Origin: an uncultured Mycoplasmatota bacterium
Lineage (GTDB): Bacteria > Bacillota_I > Bacilli_A > RF39 > UBA660
Length of the DNA stretch: 51,467 bases
Direction: 5' to 3'
Assembly (NCBI GenBank): GCA_947574215.1
Contig: CANPIX010000005.1
Span: 1 to 51,467, forward strand
Shown: positions 30,303 to 39,017 of the stretch, in pieces
Layout: every line of letters begins with the position of its first letter
Numbering within the stretch: the stretch's first letter is position 1
The notes under the pieces: model-generated
Seen by the model: only the letters and a program-made list of their open reading frames with translations
Databases searched by the model: none
Told to the model about the DNA's origin: nothing
Program-made: the position numbers and the translations under genes

Positions 30303-31562
30303 TTATTTGAACAAACGATAAGGATTTGTTTTTGTCCCATTTCCACTTTTGTAACCAATCGTCTCTTTTAAATAAAAAGTAGGACGGATCATATTCCCGA
30401 AACTTCGAACCGCTGCAATATGAACTAATTTTCTTTTAGGAACTATATAAGTTGCACTACTTAGACTTGAATTGGTATTATGAAATGGAGTTAGTAACCA
30501 TTCCCAATAATTCTCTTGATAAGTATTTAGCCATACTTTTGTTATATTCTCATTTGAAATATTTTGATTTTCAAACAATTTTCCCATAGAAAATCCATAA
30601 TCACTTGGATACATTAAACCTATATTGGCTATAAAAGAAATTTTTCCATCATTTAAAGATTTTGTATAACTTCTTTCATCATTATAAAGGCTATTAGACG
30701 TATAAGAACCATTATCATACTTAGTATAATCTGTAGCACCTAAATACCATTTAGCAGGAGCAATATATTGTTGATATTCCCCAAAATCGTTCCAATATTT
30801 TCCATTGAGAACATTACTTTGTGTTGTAGACTCTTCCCAATTGTTGTTATTATTTGTATTCCACTGATACCCCTTCATAGATGGAGTTGGATTAAAATCC
30901 GGATTGGAGTCAAACATATTTTCACCTATATATTCTTTATATTTTACCAATTTTACCCGATTTAAATACCTACCATTTTCTTCACTTTGTGTGGGAATGA
31001 CACCAATAATTCGATATAAATTTTCTTCTGGACATGGATTTTCTTCACTTCCAAAACATACATAATTCTTTGGATTTTCTCCTATATAACGATAATCTGT
31101 TAAAGCAGGTGTTTGTTCTGTTTCTTTATGTTCAAATTTTTCTATCTCTTCATTTCCTACACTTTTGGCAATGATAAATTCATTAAATGATTTGGGATAA
31201 AAGTTTAATGAACACGTTGTTTTACTTGTACTTAAGTTTTTTATATTGAGTACCCATTCTTCGTTATCCCATACTCCTTCTGCATTGTTTGTACAGTACA
31301 CTTCTTCTACTATATATCCTGATTCTTTATTTGGTATCTCTTCGCTTGGCTTACCATTTACTATCGCAGAAATTTCTATATCTTTATTGTTTTTTCTAAA
31401 ATCGACAATTCGACCCTTTAACAGGTTAAATTCTTTCTTTTCTTCATACAAGGCATACGTTTTGTATAAATAAATTCCTCCTATTAGTATTGTAATGGCT
31501 ACCGCACTTATTACTATTGTCTTTGTTTTCTTTGGTGATTTTTTAAATTTTTTCATTTTCAT
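30303..31562 (-). CDS. Secreted/surface protein with DUF6273-like (C-type-lectin-like) C-terminal domain
   Basis: N-terminal TM followed by TYALY; YRYIGENPKNYV, LYRIIG, IGLMYPSDY, WLLTP, IRPTFYLK, GNGTKTNPY. Confidence 0.6.
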   Translation of the reverse strand: MKMKKFKKSPKKTKTIVISAVAITILIGGIYLYKTYALYEEKKEFNLLKGRIVDFRKNNKDIEISAIVNGKPSEEIPNKESGYIVEEVYCTNNAEGVWDNEEWVLNIKNLSTSKTTCSLNFYPKSFNEFIIAKSVGNEEIEKFEHKETEQTPALTDYRYIGENPKNYVCFGSEENPCPEENLYRIIGVIPTQSEENGRYLNRVKLVKYKEYIGENMFDSNPDFNPTPSMKGYQWNTNNNNNWEESTTQSNVLNGKYWNDFGEYQQYIAPAKWYLGATDYTKYDNGSYTSNSLYNDERSYTKSLNDGKISFIANIGLMYPSDYGFSMGKLFENQNISNENITKVWLNTYQENYWEWLLTPFHNTNSSLSSATYIVPKRKLVHIAAVRSFGNMIRPTFYLKETIGYKSGNGTKTNPYRLFK

Positions 31563-31592
31563 ATTTTTACTCTCTATTCTCTATTTAAAACA

Positions 31593-31639
31593 AGTATAGG
31601 CAAATTATAACTATAAGTCAATAGGTAAAATATAACTAT
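31593..31639. promoter_or_regulatory. Divergent promoter region with two 19-bp operators (ATAGGYAAAWTATAACTAT)
   Basis: Copies at 31596-31614 and 31621-31639; minus-strand TTGACT-17 bp-TATACT promoter spans copy 1. Confidence 0.7.
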
Positions 31640-31663
31640 TATAAAATTGTTTTAGGTGGCAAA

Positions 31664-31900
31664 ATGAATAGATTAAAAGAACTAAGGGAAGATCGCGATT
31701 TGCTACAAAAAGATATCGCAGAAATATTAAAAATAGATCAATCCAATTATAGTAAATACGAACTTGAAAAAATCAATATTCCCATTGATACTTTAAAAAA
31801 ATTAGCAGATTATTACAATACGAGCATCGATTATTTGCTTTATCGTACAGACAATAGACATTCGTACACCAAAAGCATAATGAAAGAAGAACAATTTTGA
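31664..31900 (+). CDS. XRE-family helix-turn-helix regulator
   Basis: RLKELRED..LLQKDIA..YSKYE..LADYYNTSIDYLL. Confidence 0.92.
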   Translation: MNRLKELREDRDLLQKDIAEILKIDQSNYSKYELEKINIPIDTLKKLADYYNTSIDYLLYRTDNRHSYTKSIMKEEQF

Positions 31901-31934
31901 AAAAACTCATACGTTGTTCTTCTTTCATTTTTTA
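31879..31934 (+). terminator. Terminator-like hairpin overlapping the end of the XRE gene
   Basis: Perfect 16-bp inverted repeat 31879-31894 / 31914-31929 then T-run. Confidence 0.6.
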
Positions 31935-32086
31935 TACTCATTCTTATTATTGCTAAATACAAAGAAAAATATGCAAATAGCGTTTTAAAAAGATTTCTAA
32001 AATTATTTTTTATGATTTATGGTTTTCTTTTATTTCTTTATTATTTCTATAAATATTTTTACAAAATAAAAAAACCTTTTGGTTTT

Positions 32087-32830
32087 TTATTTAATGATTG
32101 ATTCTAAGGCTAAAGTAATAGATTCATTTAGCGATTTTTCACGATCTTCTTGACTCATAAAAGTTTCACTAAATTTACTATCTACTACCGTTAAGATACA
32201 AGATGCGTGCTTGTCAAATGAATCCGCAATATGGAAAAGCGCAAACGCTTCCATTTCTTCTGCAATAATTTGAATTGTTTTAGGTATTCTAGCCAAAACA
32301 TGTTCGTTATCACTATAGAAACCAAACTGTTCTGTCGTCATTACCGTGCCAACAAACGTATGCAAATTTAAATCATTCGCTGTGTTTACAATTGCTTGAT
32401 TCAATTCTTTACTAGGATACGCAAGATGCGTTGGATCTCCATTATAAGAATAAGCAAAGTTTCCTTCGTTATAAGCTCGATCTGCCACTATGATATCAGG
32501 TACATCTAATTCTTTTATTAGTCCTCCACAAGTCCCTACACGTATGATTTTTTCTACTCCAAAAAAGTAAAACAATTCAAACGCATAGATACTCATACTA
32601 GGCATTCCCATACCCGAACCCATAACGGTGACTCTTGTATCCTTATAATATCCTGTAAAAACAAACATATTTCTTGTATCACTCACAAGTTTTGCATCAC
32701 TCAAGAAGTTGTCTGCAATATATTTAGCACGTAAAGGATCTCCTGGCATCACTACAATGGGTGCAATTTCACTCGCCTTACATGCTATATGTGCAGGTTT
32801 TATATGTTCTAAAACTTTTGGTGCCTTCAC
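32087..32830 (-). CDS. deoD: Purine nucleoside phosphorylase DeoD-type
   Basis: MPGDPLRAKYIA, GMGMPS, IRVGTCG, EME. Confidence 0.93.
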   Translation of the reverse strand: MKAPKVLEHIKPAHIACKASEIAPIVVMPGDPLRAKYIADNFLSDAKLVSDTRNMFVFTGYYKDTRVTVMGSGMGMPSMSIYAFELFYFFGVEKIIRVGTCGGLIKELDVPDIIVADRAYNEGNFAYSYNGDPTHLAYPSKELNQAIVNTANDLNLHTFVGTVMTTEQFGFYSDNEHVLARIPKTIQIIAEEMEAFALFHIADSFDKHASCILTVVDSKFSETFMSQEDREKSLNESITLALESIIK

Positions 32831-32931
32831 AAATAATCACTCCTTATTATTCTATTTATAATATAACAAAAAAAAGTAAAGTTATAAATATTTTTTACTT
32901 TACTTTTACTATTGTTTACTAAAAATTTACA

Positions 32932-35193
32932 TCACAGTATTTTACAAAGTATTGACTCGATTTCTTGTGGTGTTTCCTCAAAAAATTCAATACGTAAATG
33001 TTCTATACCCATTTTCTTAAATTCATTTAAGTTTTTTATCCCATCAATATTTTTATAATAAAAAATATGTGTTAAATGATTTTTTACTTCATTCACTATT
33101 GGATACAATTTGTTATTACGATCTTTTAAATAGTATTTATCTTTTTTAGAGCAAATTGTACAAACCCTATCTTTATTCACTAGCATGCGAAGCGGACAAT
33201 GTTTCATAACCATAACTTCTGGCCGACCATATAAAAATATTTCTATCTTCTTTTTATCTTCAAAAGATTTTACTAAATCTTCTATCTGTTTTAAATCGTT
33301 TTCAATCGATAAAGTTACACGATTAGCTCCTAAACTTTCCAAAACCGAAACACTTGCACAATTTGCAATATTAAAATAGTGGTCTGTAACTACAGAATTC
33401 CATTTTCCATATTTATATAAAGCTCCCGTTTCTCCAACAAGTAATCTTTCGTTTTTGTATTCTTTAAAATTGTTTTTCACTCGACTTAGTCTTAAAAATA
33501 CTTTTTCATTTTCTTTGTATTTTTCATACAAATTTTCATCCAAAACATAAATGGAATCCACATTCTTTGTAAGACAATACTCTAACTGTTCTTCGGTTCT
33601 AACCGATACATGAATATATACTCTTTCTGTAAATTTCTGTTTTTCTATTTTTGGTTCGGCTTTTTGATTTTCTACAAATACATTTGGTACTATATTTTCT
33701 CGAATAGAAATTAATTCTTCAACCAACTTACGGCGCATTTCTTTTAATTCACTTAAGGGTAAAAATATGGCTTCTTCTTTTTGAATGTCTATATTTTTCA
33801 AAACAAAAGGACTATTTCCAAGCGCTCCAATTTTTTCTTTTATAACTTCTTCGGTTGTTTCTTTATTTATAGCTTTTGTAACAATACTCCCTTCTTGATA
33901 AATCTCATTTTCTCCATCAGAAAAAATCATTTTAAACGGTTGTTCTAATAAAGCCACTACTTTACAAGAAATGGGGATTTTTTTCAATTCCAAATCTTTT
34001 AATTCTTTTTCTAAACAAGAATCAATAGTTTTTAAAACTTCCCCTTTCTTTTTTAAGCCAATTTTATTGTCAACAAATACAATATCTCCACTACTCGCTT
34101 TATGAATCAATAAACCTTTTTCATTGTATAAAAAGTTTACCATTACTCCTTTGTTTTCACTTGAAAAACGAATACCATCTTCTTGATGCAAATCAAAGTC
34201 CAACTTCATCTTAATTTTTTTAGTATTTGTTTCTAAAACCGTTCCTAAATGTATTCCCTGATGATTCGATGTTTCTATGTTCATAAGTTTATTATTTTGA
34301 TCGAAAAACAAATGTCCTTTTGTAAAACCGCGATTAAAGATCACTTTTAAATTTTCCATTTCTTTTTTAGAAATTTCTAAAGCAGTTCCTTTTAAATAGG
34401 TATCCATTAATTTACGATACAATCTTGTTATATAAGCTACATAAGCAGGACTTTTCATTCTACCTTCTATTTTCAAAGAATAAATAGTAGATTCCATTAT
34501 TTCTTTGAAATGTTCTAATGTACTAAATTCTTTAGGACTTAATAAATAGTCTCCTTCAGTTTTTATATCTTCTTTTCCATTTTTATTAAGTTTGAAAGGA
34601 AGACGACAAATTCCTGCACAAGCTCCACGATTTCCACTTCTTCCTAAAAGCAAACTGCTAAACAGACATTGTCCTGAGTAACTTATACATAAAGCACCAT
34701 GAACAAATGCTTCTATTTCTAAAGGTGTATCTAAATCCTTGATTTCATCTATAGAAAGCTCTCTTGCTAAAACAACTCTTTTTATTCCTAATTCTTCTAA
34801 AAGCTTTAATTGTTCTTTATTGTGTGTATGCATTTGCGTAGACGCATGAATTTCTAAATTAGGAAATGTTTCTCTTACCCTTTTCATCAGTCCTATATCT
34901 TGCAGGATTACAGCATCCACATTGTTTTTGTGAAGAAAACGGATATATTGTAAACATTCTTTCAATTCTGATTCGTAAATCATCGTATTGACTGTTACAT
35001 AAATTTTTACGCCATACAAATGACAATACTTTATAGCCCAAAGCATTTCTTCTTCCTGAAAATTATCAGCAAAAGCCCTTGCCCCAAATTTTTTACCACC
35101 TAAATAAACCGCATCACAACCATTATGAATCGCAGCAAGTAGACTTTCCTTATTTCCAACGGGAGACAACAACTCTTTTTTTATCACGATCAA
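32932..35193 (-). CDS. U32 family protein, long form (RlhA-like RNA hydroxylation protein)
   Basis: ELLSPVG, HASTQ, LARE, HGALCISYSGQC, NRGACAGICR, KIEGRMK. Confidence 0.88.
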   Translation of the reverse strand: MIVIKKELLSPVGNKESLLAAIHNGCDAVYLGGKKFGARAFADNFQEEEMLWAIKYCHLYGVKIYVTVNTMIYESELKECLQYIRFLHKNNVDAVILQDIGLMKRVRETFPNLEIHASTQMHTHNKEQLKLLEELGIKRVVLARELSIDEIKDLDTPLEIEAFVHGALCISYSGQCLFSSLLLGRSGNRGACAGICRLPFKLNKNGKEDIKTEGDYLLSPKEFSTLEHFKEIMESTIYSLKIEGRMKSPAYVAYITRLYRKLMDTYLKGTALEISKKEMENLKVIFNRGFTKGHLFFDQNNKLMNIETSNHQGIHLGTVLETNTKKIKMKLDFDLHQEDGIRFSSENKGVMVNFLYNEKGLLIHKASSGDIVFVDNKIGLKKKGEVLKTIDSCLEKELKDLELKKIPISCKVVALLEQPFKMIFSDGENEIYQEGSIVTKAINKETTEEVIKEKIGALGNSPFVLKNIDIQKEEAIFLPLSELKEMRRKLVEELISIRENIVPNVFVENQKAEPKIEKQKFTERVYIHVSVRTEEQLEYCLTKNVDSIYVLDENLYEKYKENEKVFLRLSRVKNNFKEYKNERLLVGETGALYKYGKWNSVVTDHYFNIANCASVSVLESLGANRVTLSIENDLKQIEDLVKSFEDKKKIEIFLYGRPEVMVMKHCPLRMLVNKDRVCTICSKKDKYYLKDRNNKLYPIVNEVKNHLTHIFYYKNIDGIKNLNEFKKMGIEHLRIEFFEETPQEIESILCKIL

Positions 35194-35240
35194 TCACTTC
35201 TTTTTTCTTTATTATAACAAAAAAAGAAAGAAAACTCTTT

Positions 35241-36428
35241 CTAATCTTTATCTATATTTTTATCGTACGCTTGATCCGATACTTCATAACGACGATTTTT
35301 AGAAATATAACTTAATAATCTGGTAGAACCCCATCCGACAAAAGCCAATATGAAAAAATAAAGGACTCCAAATATGGTAAATGTAGGTTCTGATTTTGTA
35401 ATCAAGCTAATAATACTTGCACCAGCACTCATACTCGTTACAATAGTTAGACTATTGATAGATTTACTCGTCACATCACTTTTCAATCCATTAAATAATT
35501 TTTGAGCAGAACTTACATACGTTTGTGTCATATCCCATAAATATTTAATATAATCTAAAGTATCCTTTAGAGTTTCAAAACGATATCCTGAAATAGCTAG
35601 GAATTCAGTAAGCTCTCTATCGTTTTTAGCAATACGTTCACGGGTTCCAATATAAGTACCCATTTGATTAATACGCCCATCAATTAAATTAATGGTTTTG
35701 GAATACCCTTCTAGTTTACTTGTAAATTTAACGATATCAACACCTTTAACCTTAGCATTTTCTTTAACGGCATCAATTTTCTCCCATATTACACGATGCA
35801 AATTCAAATAGCGATGAAGTTGGCCTTTAAACTCACGAATAAAAACTTGTTCTTCAATATATTTTTCAATCTTATCAAGAGATTGTTTTTTATTATTAAT
35901 AAAATAGTATTTATCGCCCCTTACTACATCGTATCGTTCACAAGTAAATTCAAAATACTTTTGCTTTTCCGTTCTACTAAGCAAATCAGCAATTTCATCT
36001 TTTGTTGCATTATCAAAAACGATAAAATAAGGGAAAACGGTTTCAATATTTGCAAGTTCTTTAGGAACAGGTGCTCCTAAACTAAAAAGATAACTAAAAG
36101 CTGGAGATAACTTATTTTCATAATAATCGGTAACTTTATCTAAGTCAGCAAACAATGTATCTTCGCTGACTTTAGAATTATTTAAACAAATTAAACCATC
36201 TTCATAAATTCTTACCGAAATATCATAAGAGGTTGTAAATTTTATGTATTCTTCTCCATCGACACCATAATCAATTTTCCCAATAGAAAGAGCCTTACGA
36301 TACTCTTGTAATTTCTCTGGATCAAGCTTTAATTGACTCTTACATTCTCTTAAAAAATCATAAATTTCAGTTAATTGCAACATGGTTCTTTGAAACCAAC
36401 CACCAATATACACATTCGTTATTTTCAT
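35241..36428 (-). CDS. Hypothetical protein with CorA-like architecture (soluble domain, long helices, 2 C-terminal TM)
   Basis: GGWFQRT N-terminal motif; SINSLTIVTS leading into two TMs; no GMN motif. Confidence 0.55.
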   Translation of the reverse strand: MKITNVYIGGWFQRTMLQLTEIYDFLRECKSQLKLDPEKLQEYRKALSIGKIDYGVDGEEYIKFTTSYDISVRIYEDGLICLNNSKVSEDTLFADLDKVTDYYENKLSPAFSYLFSLGAPVPKELANIETVFPYFIVFDNATKDEIADLLSRTEKQKYFEFTCERYDVVRGDKYYFINNKKQSLDKIEKYIEEQVFIREFKGQLHRYLNLHRVIWEKIDAVKENAKVKGVDIVKFTSKLEGYSKTINLIDGRINQMGTYIGTRERIAKNDRELTEFLAISGYRFETLKDTLDYIKYLWDMTQTYVSSAQKLFNGLKSDVTSKSINSLTIVTSMSAGASIISLITKSEPTFTIFGVLYFFILAFVGWGSTRLLSYISKNRRYEVSDQAYDKNIDKD

Positions 36429-36454
36429 AAAAACTCTACTCCTTATCAAAAAAA

Positions 36455-36904
36455 TTAAATATTCATACTAAAAAATGTTGCGTCATCTGCTTGAAATCCA
36501 AATTTTTTATAACAAGTGTGCGCAGGAACTCTAAAATTACGACTCCATAGTTTTATAGCACTGCATTCGTGATTTTTACATACTTCACGAACCACTTCTA
36601 ACATTTTGCTTGCTATGTGATGTTTGCGAAATTCAGGCTTAACACAAACATGATTTAGAATAGCAAATGTATTCATATCTTTGAATATAGTAGGAACAAT
36701 AGCAATTCTTGTATGAGCAATTACCTTTCCTTCGTATTCTCCAATAATATATATTTGATTTCGATCATTTCTATTTTCATTAAATATTTTAATAGCTTCA
36801 TCATAATCCGTTTGTTCTTCAAATACTTCATTACATAAATCGACAATGCCACGAATTTTTGAAGCATCGGCTAAAGAAAATTTTACATTTATATCCATAA
36901 GCAA
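36455..36904 (-). CDS. GNAT family N-acetyltransferase
   Basis: VCVKPEFRKHHIA motif A, AHTCYKKFGF motif B. Confidence 0.88.
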   Translation of the reverse strand: MLMDINVKFSLADASKIRGIVDLCNEVFEEQTDYDEAIKIFNENRNDRNQIYIIGEYEGKVIAHTRIAIVPTIFKDMNTFAILNHVCVKPEFRKHHIASKMLEVVREVCKNHECSAIKLWSRNFRVPAHTCYKKFGFQADDATFFSMNI

Positions 36905-37046
36905 TAAATAACTCCTTTTCTACTTTAAATAGATTGTAACATAAATTGATTTTAAAACATTATTTTCACGTTTTATTTGACGTTTAATTAACAAAGAAAC
37001 ATTATTTCTTTAAAGTCTAAAAGTCACTTTTAACTATTTATTTTTG

Positions 37047-37757
37047 TTACTTTTTTAATTCACTTTTTCCTGTTAAATAATCGATTTCAATACCTTTTTG
37101 AACGTTATAAACAAACACATGAAATTCGATTCCACGACCGCCATCTTCTACAGAATACGCTTCGATTTCAATACCACTAGCAACTAAATTTTCCCCTTCA
37201 AATATTGGGGTAACACGGTACAAAACATGATTATGCGTATTTTTTATGTACTCAGCCACTTTTTCTTCAAATGGCAACATTCCTTTTGTATTTGTATTCC
37301 TAGTACAAGTTATCAAATTCTTTGGATTGGCATTTTCTCCTGTTAATTGGTAACCTATTAAATGACAACGATTGTATAAGTATTTGCCTTCCACAATGTC
37401 ATATTTTACGGTGTGCCAACCACTTGGTTTTATCATACCAATACTTTCTCGATCTTCTGTTGGCATCAAATCAATTCCAATACTAGCTATAGCAAATCCA
37501 CATCTACCTAAAGAATCCAATTCACTGTAGTATTCATAAGAAGTCGTTGTATAATCTTTTTCTTCAAAAAATGGTTTATTTTCATTAAGGATTACATAAT
37601 CTTTACCACTATATTTAGGAACTTCTTCTAATTTGTAAGAAACAGGAAGTTCTTCTTTTTTTAAATTTTCAAAATAACCAATGCCACTAAATAAAACTAG
37701 AGTTACAATCCCTACTAATATACTTTTAAAATTTTTCCTTGTTTTTCTTTTGAACAT
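37047..37757 (-). CDS. Membrane-anchored DNA/RNA non-specific endonuclease (EndA/DNA-entry nuclease-like)
   Basis: LDSLGRC, PSGWH, YNRCHLIG, NLIT, YRVTP. Confidence 0.9.
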   Translation of the reverse strand: MFKRKTRKNFKSILVGIVTLVLFSGIGYFENLKKEELPVSYKLEEVPKYSGKDYVILNENKPFFEEKDYTTTSYEYYSELDSLGRCGFAIASIGIDLMPTEDRESIGMIKPSGWHTVKYDIVEGKYLYNRCHLIGYQLTGENANPKNLITCTRNTNTKGMLPFEEKVAEYIKNTHNHVLYRVTPIFEGENLVASGIEIEAYSVEDGGRGIEFHVFVYNVQKGIEIDYLTGKSELKK

Positions 37758-37885
37758 AATTCCACTTCCTTACCCCTATTTAAAAACTCTCAAAATTTTT
37801 GCAATTAATAAAAATGGTAAAAGAAAACAAAACTCATTTTTTTATTACAAATAATTAGAAATAAGTCATTTTTTTAGAATATAAA

Positions 37886-38338
37886 TCAAATTTTCCTTTT
37901 ATTTTCCTTTTCTAAAGAGCCATAAAACGCTTGATCTAGTGTTATCATAAAAGATCCTTGATCGGTACATCTTTTTAAATAGTCATTAAACTTTATATCT
38001 TCTAATTCTTGATATCCTTGTTGTATTAATTTTTCAAAGCCATCAAAAGATTTAAACTGTGAAAATGTTAAATCTACTAGAGTATACCCTCCACCTATTA
38101 AAGATTTGTTTGAGACAATCACAAAAACGTGTTCATACCAAAAGCCTAAATCCAAAGTATTTATAAGTCTTGCTGGTATATGTCGGGAAAGTATTTTTCT
38201 TAAGAATAAAGAATTATATATTTTTGTCCTCTCTTCTGTTAAATCCTTTAATTCTTGTTTTGTACTTAAAATAGCTTCTTGTATTAGGATATCAGTATTA
38301 AATCCGTTTATATTAGTCATTTTTTCAAATAAATCCAT
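37886..38338 (-). CDS. Hypothetical protein, transglutaminase/papain-like fold candidate
   Basis: EHVFVIV ... LVDLTFSQF His/Asp strands. Confidence 0.55.
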   Translation of the reverse strand: MDLFEKMTNINGFNTDILIQEAILSTKQELKDLTEERTKIYNSLFLRKILSRHIPARLINTLDLGFWYEHVFVIVSNKSLIGGGYTLVDLTFSQFKSFDGFEKLIQQGYQELEDIKFNDYLKRCTDQGSFMITLDQAFYGSLEKENKRKI

Positions 38339-38356
38339 TTAAACTCCTTTTTTAAT

Positions 38357-38819
38357 TTACTTACTTTCTCTAGCATTTTCTTTTTTTTGTTTACTTTCTT
38401 TAAAGAAAGTTATTAAATCTTCAAAATCTTTAGACTTTTTTTTAAAATTCAATGATATTTTAGTACCGATCGAATTTTCTAAAATAACTCCGCTAAATTT
38501 TTTGTCATTTGCTTTTCCTGTACAAAAATCACTTAGACTTACCTTTTCTAAACCCCCAAAATTATCTAAAATAGCACTTAAAACCTGTTTATAAAAAATT
38601 GGACTATAATTAGTGGGTACTCCCATGAACCAATACCTAAAATAATTTTTTTTAGGCACAGCAATATCCAATGTACATAAGTATTGTTTTTCTTTTTTAG
38701 CAGAGCCAAATTCCATAAAGGCTTCAACGGAAATACTATCGGTTAAAATAGCTTCTATTGTTTCTATTATCACTTTTGTTTTTTTCTATAGATACTTTAC
38801 TAGCTTCTTCTTTATTCAC
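38357..38819 (-). pseudogene. Hypothetical gene with a probable 1-nt frameshift in an A7 run near its 5' end
   Basis: RBS AAGGAAG + GTG at 38819 comes into frame with ORF 38357-38773 if the run at 38779-38785 is one base shorter. Confidence 0.5.
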
Positions 38820-38981
38820 AATTCTAATCTTCCTTTATCCATTAAATATTTTATCAATCACCAATGTAAAATAGGCTTTAATTTAAGGTCATAAACTATA
38901 AAATTATTTTACTACGAATTAGCTTTTTTGCAAACCCTTTTGAGTTTGATACTTTAAAAATTTTGTTCATTCAAAAATTAT

Positions 38982-39007
38982 AAAAACCAGTTTTAAAACT
39001 GGTTTTT
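38982..39007 (-). terminator. Intrinsic terminator after the ABC permease
   Basis: Perfect 26-bp palindrome AAAAACCAGTTTTAAAACTGGTTTTT. Confidence 0.75.
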
Positions 39008-39017
39008 GAAAATAAAA

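Noticed and set aside
30303-30600. DGR variable region in the DUF6273-like gene
   Set aside because: No template repeat or RT visible in the window; cannot be supported here
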